A stretch of DNA of 60,052 bases, counting the filler, from Sphacelaria rigidula (taxonomy: Eukaryota), in NCBI GenBank assembly GCA_964200075.2. It is 4 parts of 4 records of this genome, joined end to end, with 100 filler letters (N's around TTAATTAATTAA, not from the genome) between each part and the next. Parts side by side here need not be neighbours in the genome. Positions count along the whole stretch, not along the records: positions 1 to 14,942 come from CAXNAA020001980.1; positions 15,043 to 29,979 come from CAXNAA020001981.1; 2 more parts are not named here. One strand, written 5' to 3'. The position numbers and the translations under genes were made by a program. Within the stretch, counting starts at the first letter, position 1; every line of letters begins with the position of its first letter. Positions 12,881-24,994 of this stretch are shown piece by piece. Under the pieces are notes generated by a model. It was not told the DNA's origin. It worked only from the letters and a program-made list of their open reading frames with translations, and did no database searches.

Positions 12881-15800
12881 ATGGCGGAGGTGTCTGTGAA
12901 CCTGGACAGGCTCATAAGCCAGTTCCCCAGATACGAGGTATGCTTGAACTGCTCTTCTTTTGCTCCCGTCCTCCATGGGTATTCGCAGTACCTCTTTGCA
13001 GCAGAATGCGGCTATATCGGGGCAAGACCGCAACAGTTCGCCGCTCATCAGTACAAAAACACCCACCACAATCCCACGCAAGAGTCATTATTACTTCGCT
13101 GTACTCGCTATACTTCGGCTGTAACTTTGCTTGAACCAGCAAGAGTGCAACACCGTTTGGCTCGACCCTTACGGCACGCTTGGACGTGGCGCATACAGCC
13201 ATTCTGGTGGCCTCGTGATTCGCTCTGCCAGTCTACAAATGAATATTGATTACTCGAGTGAGAACGCCGATGAATATCATGTTTTCGCGTATCGCGGACG
13301 TCGACCTGTATCGCTGTACGTGCCGACTGTTGTGAATTCACTGTACCAAAGTACCGACCTTGTCCTGCTCTACCATTATACTGTGTTACACTGTACTGTA
13401 CTGTACTGTACTGTACTGAGTTACAAACTGCGACCTATACACTGGCCGTTGCACCAAAGTAGATTTCTTGCCCTCCAACCTGTTGGAAAATGGCCGGCGA
13501 ATCAAAAGCCGGACGATTGCTGGTATGTTTCACAGGTGGCATTATTGAGTTTACTGGTTTCTATTATTGATTGTCGCACTTTAACCCTTAGACCGCGAGG
13601 TTAGTCTTCTGTTGAATCGGCATCAATTTCAAGTGAAACAAAGCATGCATGATCCAGCAAGACTAATCTCGCGGTCTAACGGTTAACTTAGCTACAGCAA
13701 TGCGCGCCGTGGTCGTGCGACTACAGTGAACGCCAAAGCTACATGTCATCTGTTAATAACACCTGTTGAGTTTTTGATTTTTCGCGTACAACGGACACAT
13801 TGAAATCCTGCCCGTGAACAGATCGCATTAGCAAGCGCAGGCAAGTCGGGTTGTGGCCATCACCTGACTTGCCCATGTACAAGGGGATGCCCAGACGAGG
13901 AAACGCCGGCTGCCGATTCGTCACTTTTCTTTCTCTACAGAACTATTCCCCAGAATATTCCAGGATCATTCGTCGGGCTGTAATGCAGCAAAGCCGTATC
14001 TTTTCGGGACGACAAAATCGCATTCCAACAGCACGTCCGCGACATTCCAGTCTTGTTCTGTTTCCATAATAGAGGTATCTCAAACTCGGCTCCCGGTATC
14101 CTGTTTTTTTGCTGGCTCTGAGTTGTTTACTATTTTCAAGTGAAAGTGATCGCGATTCACAGGAGGACATGACAGGAGGACATGACCTGGCGGTGAAAGG
14201 GTCTCATCCTCTGATGAATCGCCATCAGTTTCATTTGAACAGTCTTCCGCCACAAGAAAAAAAAGGGGAAACATCGGAACAGAATCCGACATCTTTTCGC
14301 CCCAATACGCACGCACACACCGCGTAACCCTATATTCAGCAAGATGGGGTTGTTGTCTGTAGTCTACATGACATGTGGTCGAAGTTTCAGCACGTAAAAG
14401 CACTAATAGCGCTTGCACGGCTGTCTCCTGAAGTGAGCACCTCTACAGGCGATACCAAGATAGGTACCGCGTAGAATGACATCATCCAGAGTGTGCGCAA
14501 TACGGATCGATGTGTTCGTTTGCCAAGGCAGGAGCTACCCAGCAGGAAATGAGCGTATCTACGTGTCAACATATGCATCCACTGACGTCTCACGCAGTCT
14601 GGGCCGAGGGAACTGCGTTTTGAGGGCGTATCGATGGCATTGCCCAAAATCCGTATTTTGCTTCGTGCAACGAGTGCACCACGTAAAACGTGCCGCCGCT
14701 CCGGGAATATGCTGTCTGTGTTGTGGTCTACCTCTGTGTCAAGTTTCAGGCTGGTTACAACAGACACGGCGGAGAAATCCACGAGCAAAATAACCCTTGA
14801 TTTGTACTGAAAATAAAGTACTAAACCCTGTTGAACCGTCGAAAGATACGTGAGGTCTGTATGATTTTTGTATGCGGGAATCGCAACTGACTTGCTTTTG
14901 GGGGGGGGGGGTGTACTCATGATCATGCTTGCCATAGTCATANNNNNNNNNNNNNNNNNNNNNNNNNNNNNNNNNNNNNNNNNNNNTTAATTAATTAANN
15001 NNNNNNNNNNNNNNNNNNNNNNNNNNNNNNNNNNNNNNNNNNCCGTTTCGAAAGGGGTGCGTGGTTAATGGTCAAATGACTAAGGCAAGCAACAAATGAG
15101 TACGCCCCCCCCCCCCCTTTATGAGCCTCTGCATACGTTATGCGAACGAGAAAAGGTTTGTAGGGGTACCCTTTGTCGCCAGCTAGCGGTGAGGATGTGC
15201 ACCTATTTTCACATACCTTCTGCGTGTGCGGAGTTACGAAGCCAATAATCTTCACAGAACACTTTTCTCCGAGAATGTGAAGTCCGCTTCGAAGCCACCC
15301 ATCAGTTAATTGTTCCCCCTCCATTTTTACGACACTTTGGTGCCCGCTTTATTTCTTGGGCGAGACTTTTCCGTTTTTCATCGCGTCGCTGGGAACCGGG
15401 ATTCGAACCCCGGGACTTTCAGTTTATCACGCGTACACGCGTCATCTGATGGTGTCGCCAATGTGAAAAGGTGATTCCTCGACGGACACTTGTGGGAATT
15501 TTTTCCTTCTACATGGTGGTTCCCACAGTGGACGTAATTTTCAGGAACATGTATTTATAGGGGAAAGAGGAAAACCCAAAACAAAACGGGAGGTTCGAGG
15601 TCCGATAATATTTCGCTGGTAAACGAAAAAACAAAATGAATAGTAAGTGGTTGTATCGTATATAATACTAGTTGCGGCGTTTTGCTCATTTTCCCGTCGC
15701 TACCCGTGGAAAAGAAAGCAGTGTGTTGTCATGCAAGCAGTTCGCTCGAGGATGTGATACTCTGCTGCGGCACAGTACAAGATACAGTAATGCGTAATGA

Positions 15801-18800
15801 ATGCCAACGACGATGTCACTATTAATCGTCCCACACGTCTACGTAAGACGGGACTGCAATATACACCGTCCACGTTTAGCCACGGGGCGATCTAATCGAC
15901 CCAGTCGCTCTCGCGTACTCTCGTGGCCTACTGTGATTACAACCATGAGGCTTGCGGTTTCTCCTCGTCGTGTCCCGATCTGACTGCGGTACCTTTGTTT
16001 GGTCTGCGCTTTCCTAACCACGCGGGGAAACAAGGAGCTAACTCTGCAAAGGTGTGCCTACAATGGTACCCAGCCCATCTCCGCCAACTCTTTAGCTTTG
16101 ATTGATTTTTTGCTTGCGCCTCACCTTTTCCCTCCTGTGAATGATCTACAAACATTTGCGTAACCGCTTTCGAAGGTGAGGTGTTGTTGCCTGACCGTTG
16201 TTCTTATATCTTGCGCGTTCTGATGTTGTTATTCCTTGCGTGGACTCGACCGTTCATCTATTGTGGATGGTGCTCCCACGTGCCATCGGACACGCTATCA
16301 TCTCAATACTGTACCAGGACGTGCATATACATGGCCGGAGCGGATATGGACCTGACGGGCGCTGCGGTGAGTGCATCGGTTCAACGTTCGCCGATTGAGA
16401 GGAAAGAAGTGTCGTGTCACTTAGGCGATCTTCTTGTGCTGGCCTTGCGTGAGCTTGTAATTGCAAGCACATACAGGCCAACGTGTTGTGAAGCGTGCTC
16501 TGTGATATGTATCCTGCCAGCTTTGTTTGCTGTTAGTGATATGTGAGATGCAACCTGGCTCAATGTTTATGGGACGCGTTTTCCACACACTTGCGGCAAG
16601 ACAGGTTCTGCTGCCTATTCTTCCACGTGTATGTATAATGGCACTCACTGATCATGACACTCTCTTCGTCACTTTAGCATACGTAGTCAGCTGTCTCTGT
16701 CCCGCACAAGGCCTGTCGATCGACGCCATATTCTCTGCGAGGCACTTCAGGATGAAAAGTGAAAAACGTCCCTGTGGTTCTCGTGTTGGTCTCCGCTGCC
16801 GTATGGGTATCTTGACCCATACGAGCAGCTTGTTTCGCACATTCCCACGTTTCTTGTGTCAGGTAATTGCAGATGTTTTACCCAACATTGCGTGTCGTTT
16901 TTTCGTGTGTTTCGTGTTTGACATGTGTTCCATCACCGAATTTAATGTTCGAATTGCGAAGACACTGACGGCTAGTGACCCGAGGGCGCATAAGTGGACG
17001 GTTCAGCTGCTCTCCGCCTTGCAGTACATGGCAGAGAAAAACATGGTACACAGGGACATCAAGCCGGCAAACGTCCTGCTCCGCCACGGTAAATGAGACC
17101 GACTTTTACCACCACATACATTGTGTGTGCTAGTTGTTTTGTTTCGTCGTGCAAAGTAAGCATAATTTTCTCTTCAAATCGTTGTTGCGGTGGACAACCG
17201 TACTCTTCTGTACTGTTGTATGTCGAGCTAGCCAGACATGATATTTTTCTTTCACGTTCCCGTTGATAGCCCCATGGCACATTGTTTCGCTTTGTCTTCA
17301 TCTTTTTCGCTACAGCACTGCTCCATTTTTCAACGCCAACTCGTTGACGTATTTTAGTGGCTTGAGCATGCAGCGCCCTTCGGTTAAGGCAACACGATGT
17401 GACATGAGACCAAAGGACGCCTTCGCACCTATCTGCAGTTTCGAGCCAATTTTCAGTCTGCTTCATGAACCATCAGTCGCCGGCAAAGGTTCCGTGAGTC
17501 CATTGTGATATACATACATTCGCCGTCATGTCCGATTCACTCGTCTTGGCTTCTCAGTAAGCAGTACCAAGACTTTTTCGTATGATGCATGGAGGTATGC
17601 GCATCGCGTCATCTCTCAGTGGCGGTAATTAATGGGTGCAATGCTTCACATAACCGCGAACTTGATATCATGGTAACGTAGTTGAAGCGTGCTAGAAGTT
17701 ACCGCTTTTACTATTGCATACTACGCATCTATTGCGGTATTCTAATGCGGTAAGCACACCCGCAAATATGTAAGTAAATGCAGTATGCACTTCTTCAATT
17801 GTTATTTATTTGTGCATCACTTTTTTGTTCTCTCCAACGTTTTTTGTGCTTGGTTTACAATCATGACGATGATACTGTATCGTCTCAGACAACATCAAGC
17901 TCGCTGACATGGGCTTTGCGACACCGCTCACCGATGACAACCCCGCGCTCACCACCTTCATAGGCACCCCGGTGAGGCTACCAAACACCAACGATAGAAC
18001 ATATTGCCCAAGGGAGGACACCCTCCGCGGCGCAGTTCACTATATTTTGATTCCGAGATGAAGACGACGACAACAACGTCATGAAACTCCTCTCCTCTTG
18101 CGTTTCTTCCCTTTTCCTTTCATCTTATGCTCGATATCGATATATATATAATGATTTTATTCTTTTGTCTATCGTGAAGGTTTATTTTTTTTCCTTGTTT
18201 CTTCTTCGAACTGTCAACGTTCGCAGTATGCTGGATAGCCAGCTTCCCCGCTGGTAGTGTGTTTTTTGCTGTACACAACAAGATGGGGCTTGTTCCACTG
18301 CAGCACTTACAATAACGACCATGTTTTGTTTTGTTTTCCCTCACACTTTGAACCCCTCCCCTTCCTCGGAATGAGTCCGTTGTCTCAAGGTATCAGCCCA
18401 TCTCTCCCCCGGTACGCGCCTTTCATTTTTGTCTCGCGGATTGAGTCAGCACTCCCGCACCGCGTCTACTCACGCCACACAAACCCAGTCGACTTTTTTG
18501 TTTACTCACGTTCTCACGCTATCCATGGTGAAAATCATACATTACGAGGAGAAAACCCAACGCATCGGGAATCAAACTCCCGTTCCCTCCACCCTTATGG
18601 CGACAGTCGAACCATTACACCACCGGGGCGTGCATGTAATGCTTATTATGTATCTCCACTGAATCACTGTGCCACAGCAGCTTCACGTTACACGTCCGCG
18701 TGCTGAGTAAAGTATGAAAGAGATATACGAATGACACACTGTAGGGTCTTGCAGAGTCTACGTACACACACACACACAAACACACACACTCGGTCGTTTC

Positions 18801-21446
18801 CATCGTCATGGTTGTTTTCGCGCCGTCGCCTCCGCGTTTGCCTTTCCTCGTCGGTAAACATGCTCTCCATGTGCATGTGCATACCAACTGCCACAAATTT
18901 CAGGGATACATGGCACCCGAGGTCTTGCTGCGCCGCAGACACTGCTACCCGGTGGACATGTGGGGTGTGGGCATGGTGATATTCCACATGCTACACGACA
19001 CGACACCCTTCTGGTGAATGTCTCACTCTGTATGTGTACAAAAATAGCCATGCTCCAAGCGTTTTATGAGATGACGCCGAAGAGGCAATATACATATATA
19101 AATATGGCACCGAGAGCGATATTGCCTCTTTTTTACCGAGCGCAGCCATAAATTCATACCCTTGAAGATTACACATTCTTGGCGTGGAAAAGAGAAATCG
19201 GGGATATACTGTAGTAGTCATTTTCATGGTCTGTGGTGAAGCGGTGTGTGACGTGTTTCCAAGCGAGTCTGTACTGAAAGTGGCCATTTTTGTTTAGAAA
19301 AGTGGTCACGTATGTTACCCGTGCAGAGCACACACGAAACGGCGGTACGGTGTGCATGTACAGATAAATCTAAGAAAAGCTTTGCGGCGGTCATCAGTAC
19401 CTTGTTCCGGCGTTGATAATGACATCCATGCTGCGGTTGCCAAGAAACAAGAAATACCTACGAGTAGTCAAGTGCAGAGTGTATTTTTTCATGTACGGAG
19501 TGTATTTTTTCATGGTGCACTTTTCTCAAAGTCAGCACGACTTCAAATCACGTCATTTCGGCCCATGGAATTGAATGAAACAGGCCTGGAAGTACGGCGT
19601 CGCCAGATGACTACAAGAACGAACGCTGGATCGAGCAGGAGACACAGAACGTTTTGACGGGTACCTTCGTCACCCCCATCGCGGCTCCCGTCGTCGCTTC
19701 GGGCTGTGGAGACCTTATCCGGAGGGTACGTTTGACACGATTCGCGTTAGTACTTTCAAGCAGATCTGCGGTTGAAATATAAAAGACGCCACACGCAAGA
19801 CAAGGAGAAATAGTAGGTATATCCACGCCGGAGTGCGCTATAATAGCTGCACATGCAGATCGTGCCGCCCCTCGCACTAGACCGACCCTAGCTACGAGGG
19901 TGTGCACTTGGGGTACAATTTTGGCTACGTGAGGGTGCGACACTTGTATTTCGGGATGGACGTTCAAGAACATTCTTCGTGGGGAGGGGGGATAATCGCG
20001 CCTTGGCATGTCTTCATCAAACTATCCAAGCGTGAAAAGGACGTGGACGCGTGTTATGGGGTGCGTGTATCATACCGACACCGTTTTGGCGGTGTACAAA
20101 CCAAAAGCGCTGTCAAAGTCAATGTCAATGTCAGTAATGGGTGTTTTTGGGATCCGCCCGAGGAGGCCTGTATCACTAAAGCATTAGGGCGTGAGAGGGT
20201 GTGATGGTGTTCGTGCCGTTTCACGCTGGCGCCTGTGCTTTTGTAGTAAAACAGTAGTTCGTGTTCCACAAAGTAACAGTAGGAGGTTGCGTTGTACGTG
20301 TTGTTGGTTGCAGGTTTGTTTGTGTTTCTCTCTTGCCATACTTCCATCCCCAACCCCTTCCCCCTCCCTTTCTCAGGACGCGTCGCGTCCGTAGTCTCAA
20401 GGGACGGATCAACCTCTTCCACGGCACCCAGTGCCTGCCTATTGTAGCCTTTTGGTACCGTCGCGGATTGGGTCAGCACCTCCGCACCGCGGCGCTTGAC
20501 GTCAAAGTTTGTGTGCTACTCACGCCCTTGCGTTTTGAATGACGAAGATCAGATGCTCCTGAAAACAAAACGTTTCAGATTTGTAGCTGCTGGGATCCGA
20601 ACCCTCCACTCCGGCCTCGACGCTTGTACCGTGTACCCGTTGGACCACCGCGGTGCGACGGCTCATCGCCACTTTTTTGTAAGGGGTATTCCGGTTCCCC
20701 TTGTTTGAAACAAGCGCCGCACCGCACGGGTGGTTTCGAACGGCTGGATAGTTTTGTTTCCGTGGCCGTTCAGTGTTTGCCGTTTGTCGTCCCTTATTTC
20801 GGTACAGTGTATAGATGAGCGATATACCTGTCTTGAGTTCGCTCGTTGAAGAAAGTGTTCGCGCGCTTGTATTTGCAGTTACAAATGGGAGCGAATACTC
20901 CGCATAATTACCTCAGCAGCTCTGTTTTGGGGTCAATTTATCTCGGGGTGACGTTGTGGATTGATTTTCATCTACAGTGTTCCTGCATCAAGGATCGTCA
21001 ACTATCTCGTAGTTATACGATCGAAAAAGGGTACTGTTTTGTTCCTTCACAACGTTGACCGTGGTCCCTGGAGAACGAAGTATGTAGTGGGGGGCATCCG
21101 ACGTGTGTACGCTTCGATTTGCCGCAATCGGCCAAATCCTCCCGCGTGTATGATCGGCGTTATTGAAATAGCGGGATAAGACAATACCCATGTCATATCT
21201 CATGTCAGTCTCCCTACAACGCTGGACTTTTTATTCGTTCTCGTCATCTGGCCGATGCAGCTTCTCCACACAGACCCAGCTAGGCGTCTGACAGTCTTCG
21301 ACGCCTTCAGGCATCCCTGGATCATCAGCGACGGGGTGGTGCTGCAAAACACTCGCAACAAGGTCAAGAGCGAACTGCGCAACCACGCCATCGCGACCGA
21401 TCGCGACATAGGGAGACGCCTGCAAATCCTGGCAAAGGACCTGTAG
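12881..21446 (+). CDS. Serine/threonine protein kinase (CAMK-like, divergent), multi-exon
   Basis: Solid exons: 16962(?)-17088 (QLLSALQYMAEKNMVHRDIKPANVLL), 17889-17971 (NIKLADMGFATPL..TTFIGTP), 18904-19013 (GYMAPEVLL..PVDMWGVGMVIFHMLHDTTPFW), 19584-19725 (..VLTGTF..SGCGDLIRR) and 21261-21446 (LLHTDPARRLTVFDAFRHPWI..stop), all phase-consistent. Probable 5' exons: 12881-12937 (MAEV..FPRYE), 13140-13315 (Gly-loop LGRGAYS) and 16318-16366 (CIYMAGADMDL). The exon(s) for subdomains II-IV were not found; an assembly gap lies in this interval. Confidence 0.85.
13381..13418. repeat. (CTGTA)n pentanucleotide microsatellite
   Basis: ctgtgttacactgtactgtactgtactgtactgtactg. Confidence 0.8.
13581..13686. 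mobile_element. piggyBac-like MITE (~98 bp) with TTAA target sites
   Basis: TTAA|CCCTTAGACCGCGAGGTTAGTCTT ... AAGACTAATCTCGCGGTCTAACGG|TTAA (22/24 TIR match). The internal motif TGAATCGGCATCA recurs at ~11998, 14135-14240, 43840-43890 and ~60030; the last lies downstream of TTAACCC at ~59986. Confidence 0.75.
14943..15042. other. Scaffold gap with artificial TTAATTAATTAA linker
   Basis: N44-TTAATTAATTAA-N44, the same construct as at 29980 and 45017. Confidence 0.95.
15385..15450 (-). mobile_element. tRNA-like SINE head (not a functional tRNA)
   Basis: Minus strand has a T-arm/B-box, CCCGGGGTTCGAATCCCGG, but no convincing D-arm or acceptor stem. Confidence 0.45.
18370..18630 (-). mobile_element. 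tRNA-derived SINE (family 2) in a kinase intron
   Basis: Minus-strand head GCCCCGGTGGTGTAATGG (A box) ... GAGTTTGATTCCC (B box). The body shares TCGCGGATTG.GTCAGCAC..CCGCACCGCG and GTCCGT.GTCTCAAGG with 20378-20660. Confidence 0.65.
20378..20660 (-). mobile_element. tRNA-derived SINE (family 2) in a kinase intron
   Basis: Minus-strand head GCGGTGGTCCAACGG (A box) ... GGGTTCGGATCCC (B box); core shared with 18370-18630. Confidence 0.65.
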
Positions 21447-23873
21447 GACTGCTCGTGGGCTGGAGCTCAGACTGATGGCGAAGATGTGAGCTCAATTGGA
21501 GGAGATATGTAGCTTACAGGCATGCTCGTGACTTCTGTGTTGCGATGGGCGTAAACGACTGGGCGACTTTTCAAAATCGAAATCTGCTAACGATGCTGAA
21601 CATCAGGAGGTGGGGGGTGAGCTCATCATCCGTACCTCTGCATTATTGGTGCTTTAGGTTGGTAATTCCTTCGTTCTGTGTGCAGTGCACGCCAGTGCGT
21701 CAAAGAGGGAACGCGAGAGGTTGTTGGATGAGTTTGGTGCAGAGTGAGGGGTTTACTGGTGGGTGTCGACAAAGACCTTCCAAGACGCCTTTGTTGCCGA
21801 TCGTATATTAGCTGATTGTGTTGTGTTTATACGAAGTGTGGCAAGGGGCTGAGCAGACCTCGAGTAAGCTGCACTCTCTTGCATTCGGGATACTCGTGTG
21901 CTGTGCTATGCATATGCGCGGAATCCTCGTTTCTAAGTTCGCGTCACTTGCGGACTTACGCCACCACAAGATGGGGCAAGTGGGTAGCTGTTGGTATGAG
22001 CTGTTGGTAGGCTAGCCCACATTTTGAAGCATGGCTGACCCGACCATGTGAGTCCCGGAAGGTTGTTCAGTGTCTTGTGTGGCGAGAAGAGGGTACTGGT
22101 GCAGGTAGGGGTCAGGACTCGGAGTACTCCAATCGATTACAATGGAGGGCACGGGATGCATGTCACCAATGCCTCCACGACGGCAAACAGGATTGAAATA
22201 TACGTGTGTTTTAGATGTATTGTTAAGCGTGGTGATATGATCGTCACTCCTTCGCTCTGGGGAGATTACGATGTATTGGAAGATGCCTCGCCAGACGCAG
22301 GCCGGCGTGAGACAGCATGCGATGAGGACTGTAGGATAGCGATCCGATGTTGTGGAACGTTTCGTTGGTAAAACTACACCCCGTATTTATTGATAGGCGT
22401 GGAAGTGAATATTTTGGGCACCGCTTGCTGGGCATGTTTCGTTCTGTAGACGTTGCTCTGAATGAACTGTCGGCATTTCATCTTTGGCGGGAGGGAGGAC
22501 GTAAATGATGGGGGGGGGTTAATATTTGTGGGTTTTCGTGTGACATCGAGCACAAATTAGGACAACAAGGAGCCAGCCAAACACGCTCGGTTCAGGGGAT
22601 GCATCAAGGGTGCGGTGAAGCGATGATAGCTTTGAACACTCGCTGGAAAACGTACCTCCTCTCGCCTACTTCCCGTGGAACAACACTTCACTTGGCGTAA
22701 ACAATGCCTCCTTTGGGCTCCTCGAGGTCATCTCTCGTTGATGGGCGGCTTGTATACTTTTCGGTGGTCCGCGATTTGTTTTGTCCCTTATTCTCACATG
22801 CTGTTCTGTTCTGGGGTTTGGTGTATGTGACCACTTGGCGTGAATTATGTTGCGTATGGTTTGGGTGTTTCATGGGTGAGCTTTGGGTGTAAGATGGATG
22901 GATCTCCAATGGGGGGAGGCAACGGATTTGCACAACACGATGTCAAATACGAATATATAGAAGTGGGTACGATACGAAGAAGATATATGTACAGTGCGAG
23001 AGTATTCGGTGGGTAACTAGTGTGTACACTTCCTGAGTGATTACTTGTTGTAGGCGTGACGAGAAGATACGAAATGAATGAAGTGCCAAATGGGAAATGA
23101 GTGCCTTGTGGCGATAGGCGATTCTACTGGTGGCGGTGCCTTACACATCTTGTTGCCTGAATGATGATTTTATTTCATGTAGCCGAAACTCTACTGATTG
23201 AAAAATCCGTTCTGCTGTCAAATGAACCAAGCTTTTCGTCAGATTGAGTGTCCTGCATTTGATCGAGAGTAAGAACCCACAGAATATAAAACCCTTTTCA
23301 CACTTATCGCCCAGCGTGTTTCAGGGGAATACTTCGCCGAGCTAGTTGAGGAGCGGTTTGAATGAAAGCTCTCTGCCGTGAGATGAACCCGATGTGTGTT
23401 TTTATTGTATTGGCGTCGTCAATCAGCAGAAACGTTCGACTCCAGATTTGCAGATACGGTCCAAAAATACCTGGAACATTTTGACTTTAGAAAAATGCCA
23501 GCAGGCCTTGTACGGGGCCTTCATCCCTTTCTGTAGGAGCTGGCCGGTGAAGCCTCTCAAATCCCTGCGTGGGACATCGACGCGTAATTGTGAGCACACG
23601 ACATTGTTACAGGCAGAACTCACGCTCACTCAAATGCCAGACACTCGAATCGGGCAAAGATGTTGTTCTGGACGTTTTTTGGCGTCATCGGTGGAGGTTC
23701 GGTGGCAATGAATACGCCAGTAACGCACATGATGAAGCGATGTTCAAGATCGAGGCAAGGTGTAGAAGGTTTTTTTCCCGCTGCGCCGCTGGTGTCGCTG
23801 CCACTCCAGGTATTGTACACGCAAAAGATGGAGACCAGATTGAAAATATTAATCCTTGCATACATCGCAGGAG

Positions 23874-24114
23874 TGATCCCGCGATAGCCCCCCCCTAGAT
23901 CAGCCCCGAAAATGTCACGAAGAAATCGGCATACAGTGCATGATGGTCGGTTTCAGCCTACGTGAAGCGCCTCATATGGGCGACATCGGCGGAAACGATT
24001 CCAAGTGTTGGAGTTCCCAGTTGCTCAGTGTGCTCGGCTTTCTCATTCTGATTTACATGCAGATTTCGCCTCCACAAACCAGCCACTTTACTGCGGGAAG
24101 CTATCGTGGCATCA
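23874..24114 (+). mobile_element. MITE family A, copy 1 (~240 bp; TIR GATGCCGCGATAGC(C)n)
   Basis: TIRs TGATCCCGCGATAGCCCC ... GCTATCGTGGCATCA; the body is homologous to the copies at 24711, 47973, 51070 and 56722. Confidence 0.8.
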
Positions 24115-24710
24115 GTCGCCGACAAATCGTCCGGTTGCGGACACCAGGGGGGGTAAGTTATGTCTTCAGCCGTACGTAGATAAGAGTACTATTAAGTACA
24201 GTAAATATCAAGAGTCCGAACAGTGTTCAATTTGCTCTCCAGAATACATGTGGATTCGGGGGATTTCCTGCGGAAGGGGTGGGGGATTTTGTGCAACGTG
24301 GCAGTGTCAGACAATCTCCCCCGATCATATTGGTTGGCGACATCAAGCAAAAGACCAACGCGTGGTGCTGGGTTTGCATGACGCCCCGATTACTTGCAAT
24401 GTGATACAACCGCCGAGAAAAAATTCGCATGCTGCCCCCCACATGACAACATACATGCACGCACCTTCCACAAAAACACCGTTCTTCCAGTCAGCACGAT
24501 TTTGTCATTCGTCTCAACAACAATGCAATAAGTCATCACCAACGTGTGCTCATTGATCCCACTCAGCAGTCACAGGTTGTGGAGCAAAGACGGTAGCATT
24601 GTCGGAAACGTACATTGAACTTTCATGCGGCGGGTGAGGTCGGGTGGGTGTAGCTCGGTACCACGGTTGGCTTATTCGCTTCGTGAAAAATGGCCGAAAA
24701 CGCGACGGAG

Positions 24711-24994
24711 TGATGCCACGATAGCCTCCCCCCCCCCATGGTCAATGATCAAACGGCAAAAAAAAACAAAAAATGGGTACGCCCCCCCCCCCCCCCCTCC
24801 CCAAGAAAAATGGTTACTTTGAGATTCAAAATCCATGTCTAAATCAAAACTATGAAAATGCCGAGCACACCGAGCAGCTGGGAACTCCCACTCTTGGGAT
24901 CGTTTTTGCCAGTGTCGCCCATATGAGGCGCTGTTTGCAGTCTGAAACCATTCACCATGCGCTGTATGGTCACGTTTTTCGTGACAGTTTTGAC
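24711..24994 (-). mobile_element. MITE family A, copy 2 (one TIR missing)
   Basis: TGATGCCACGATAGCC(C)n followed by the reverse-complement body (CCGAGCAGCTGGGAACTCCCA..GCAGTCTGAAACC). Confidence 0.75.

Noticed and set aside
14141-14200. Apparent kinase subdomain II exon 'GHDLAVK'
   Set aside because: The DNA (CAAGTGAAAGTGAT..GATTCA..CTGGCGGT.AAA) is homologous to the repeat at 43840-43890 and has no good splice donor, so LAVK is probably coincidental.
14987-14998. TTAATTAATTAA palindromes centred in N runs (also 30024, 45061)
   Set aside because: Identical 100-bp constructs; artificial scaffolding linkers, not biology.
15385-20660. tRNA genes
   Set aside because: A/B boxes are present, but there are no complete cloverleafs, and two of the three are attached to SINE bodies.
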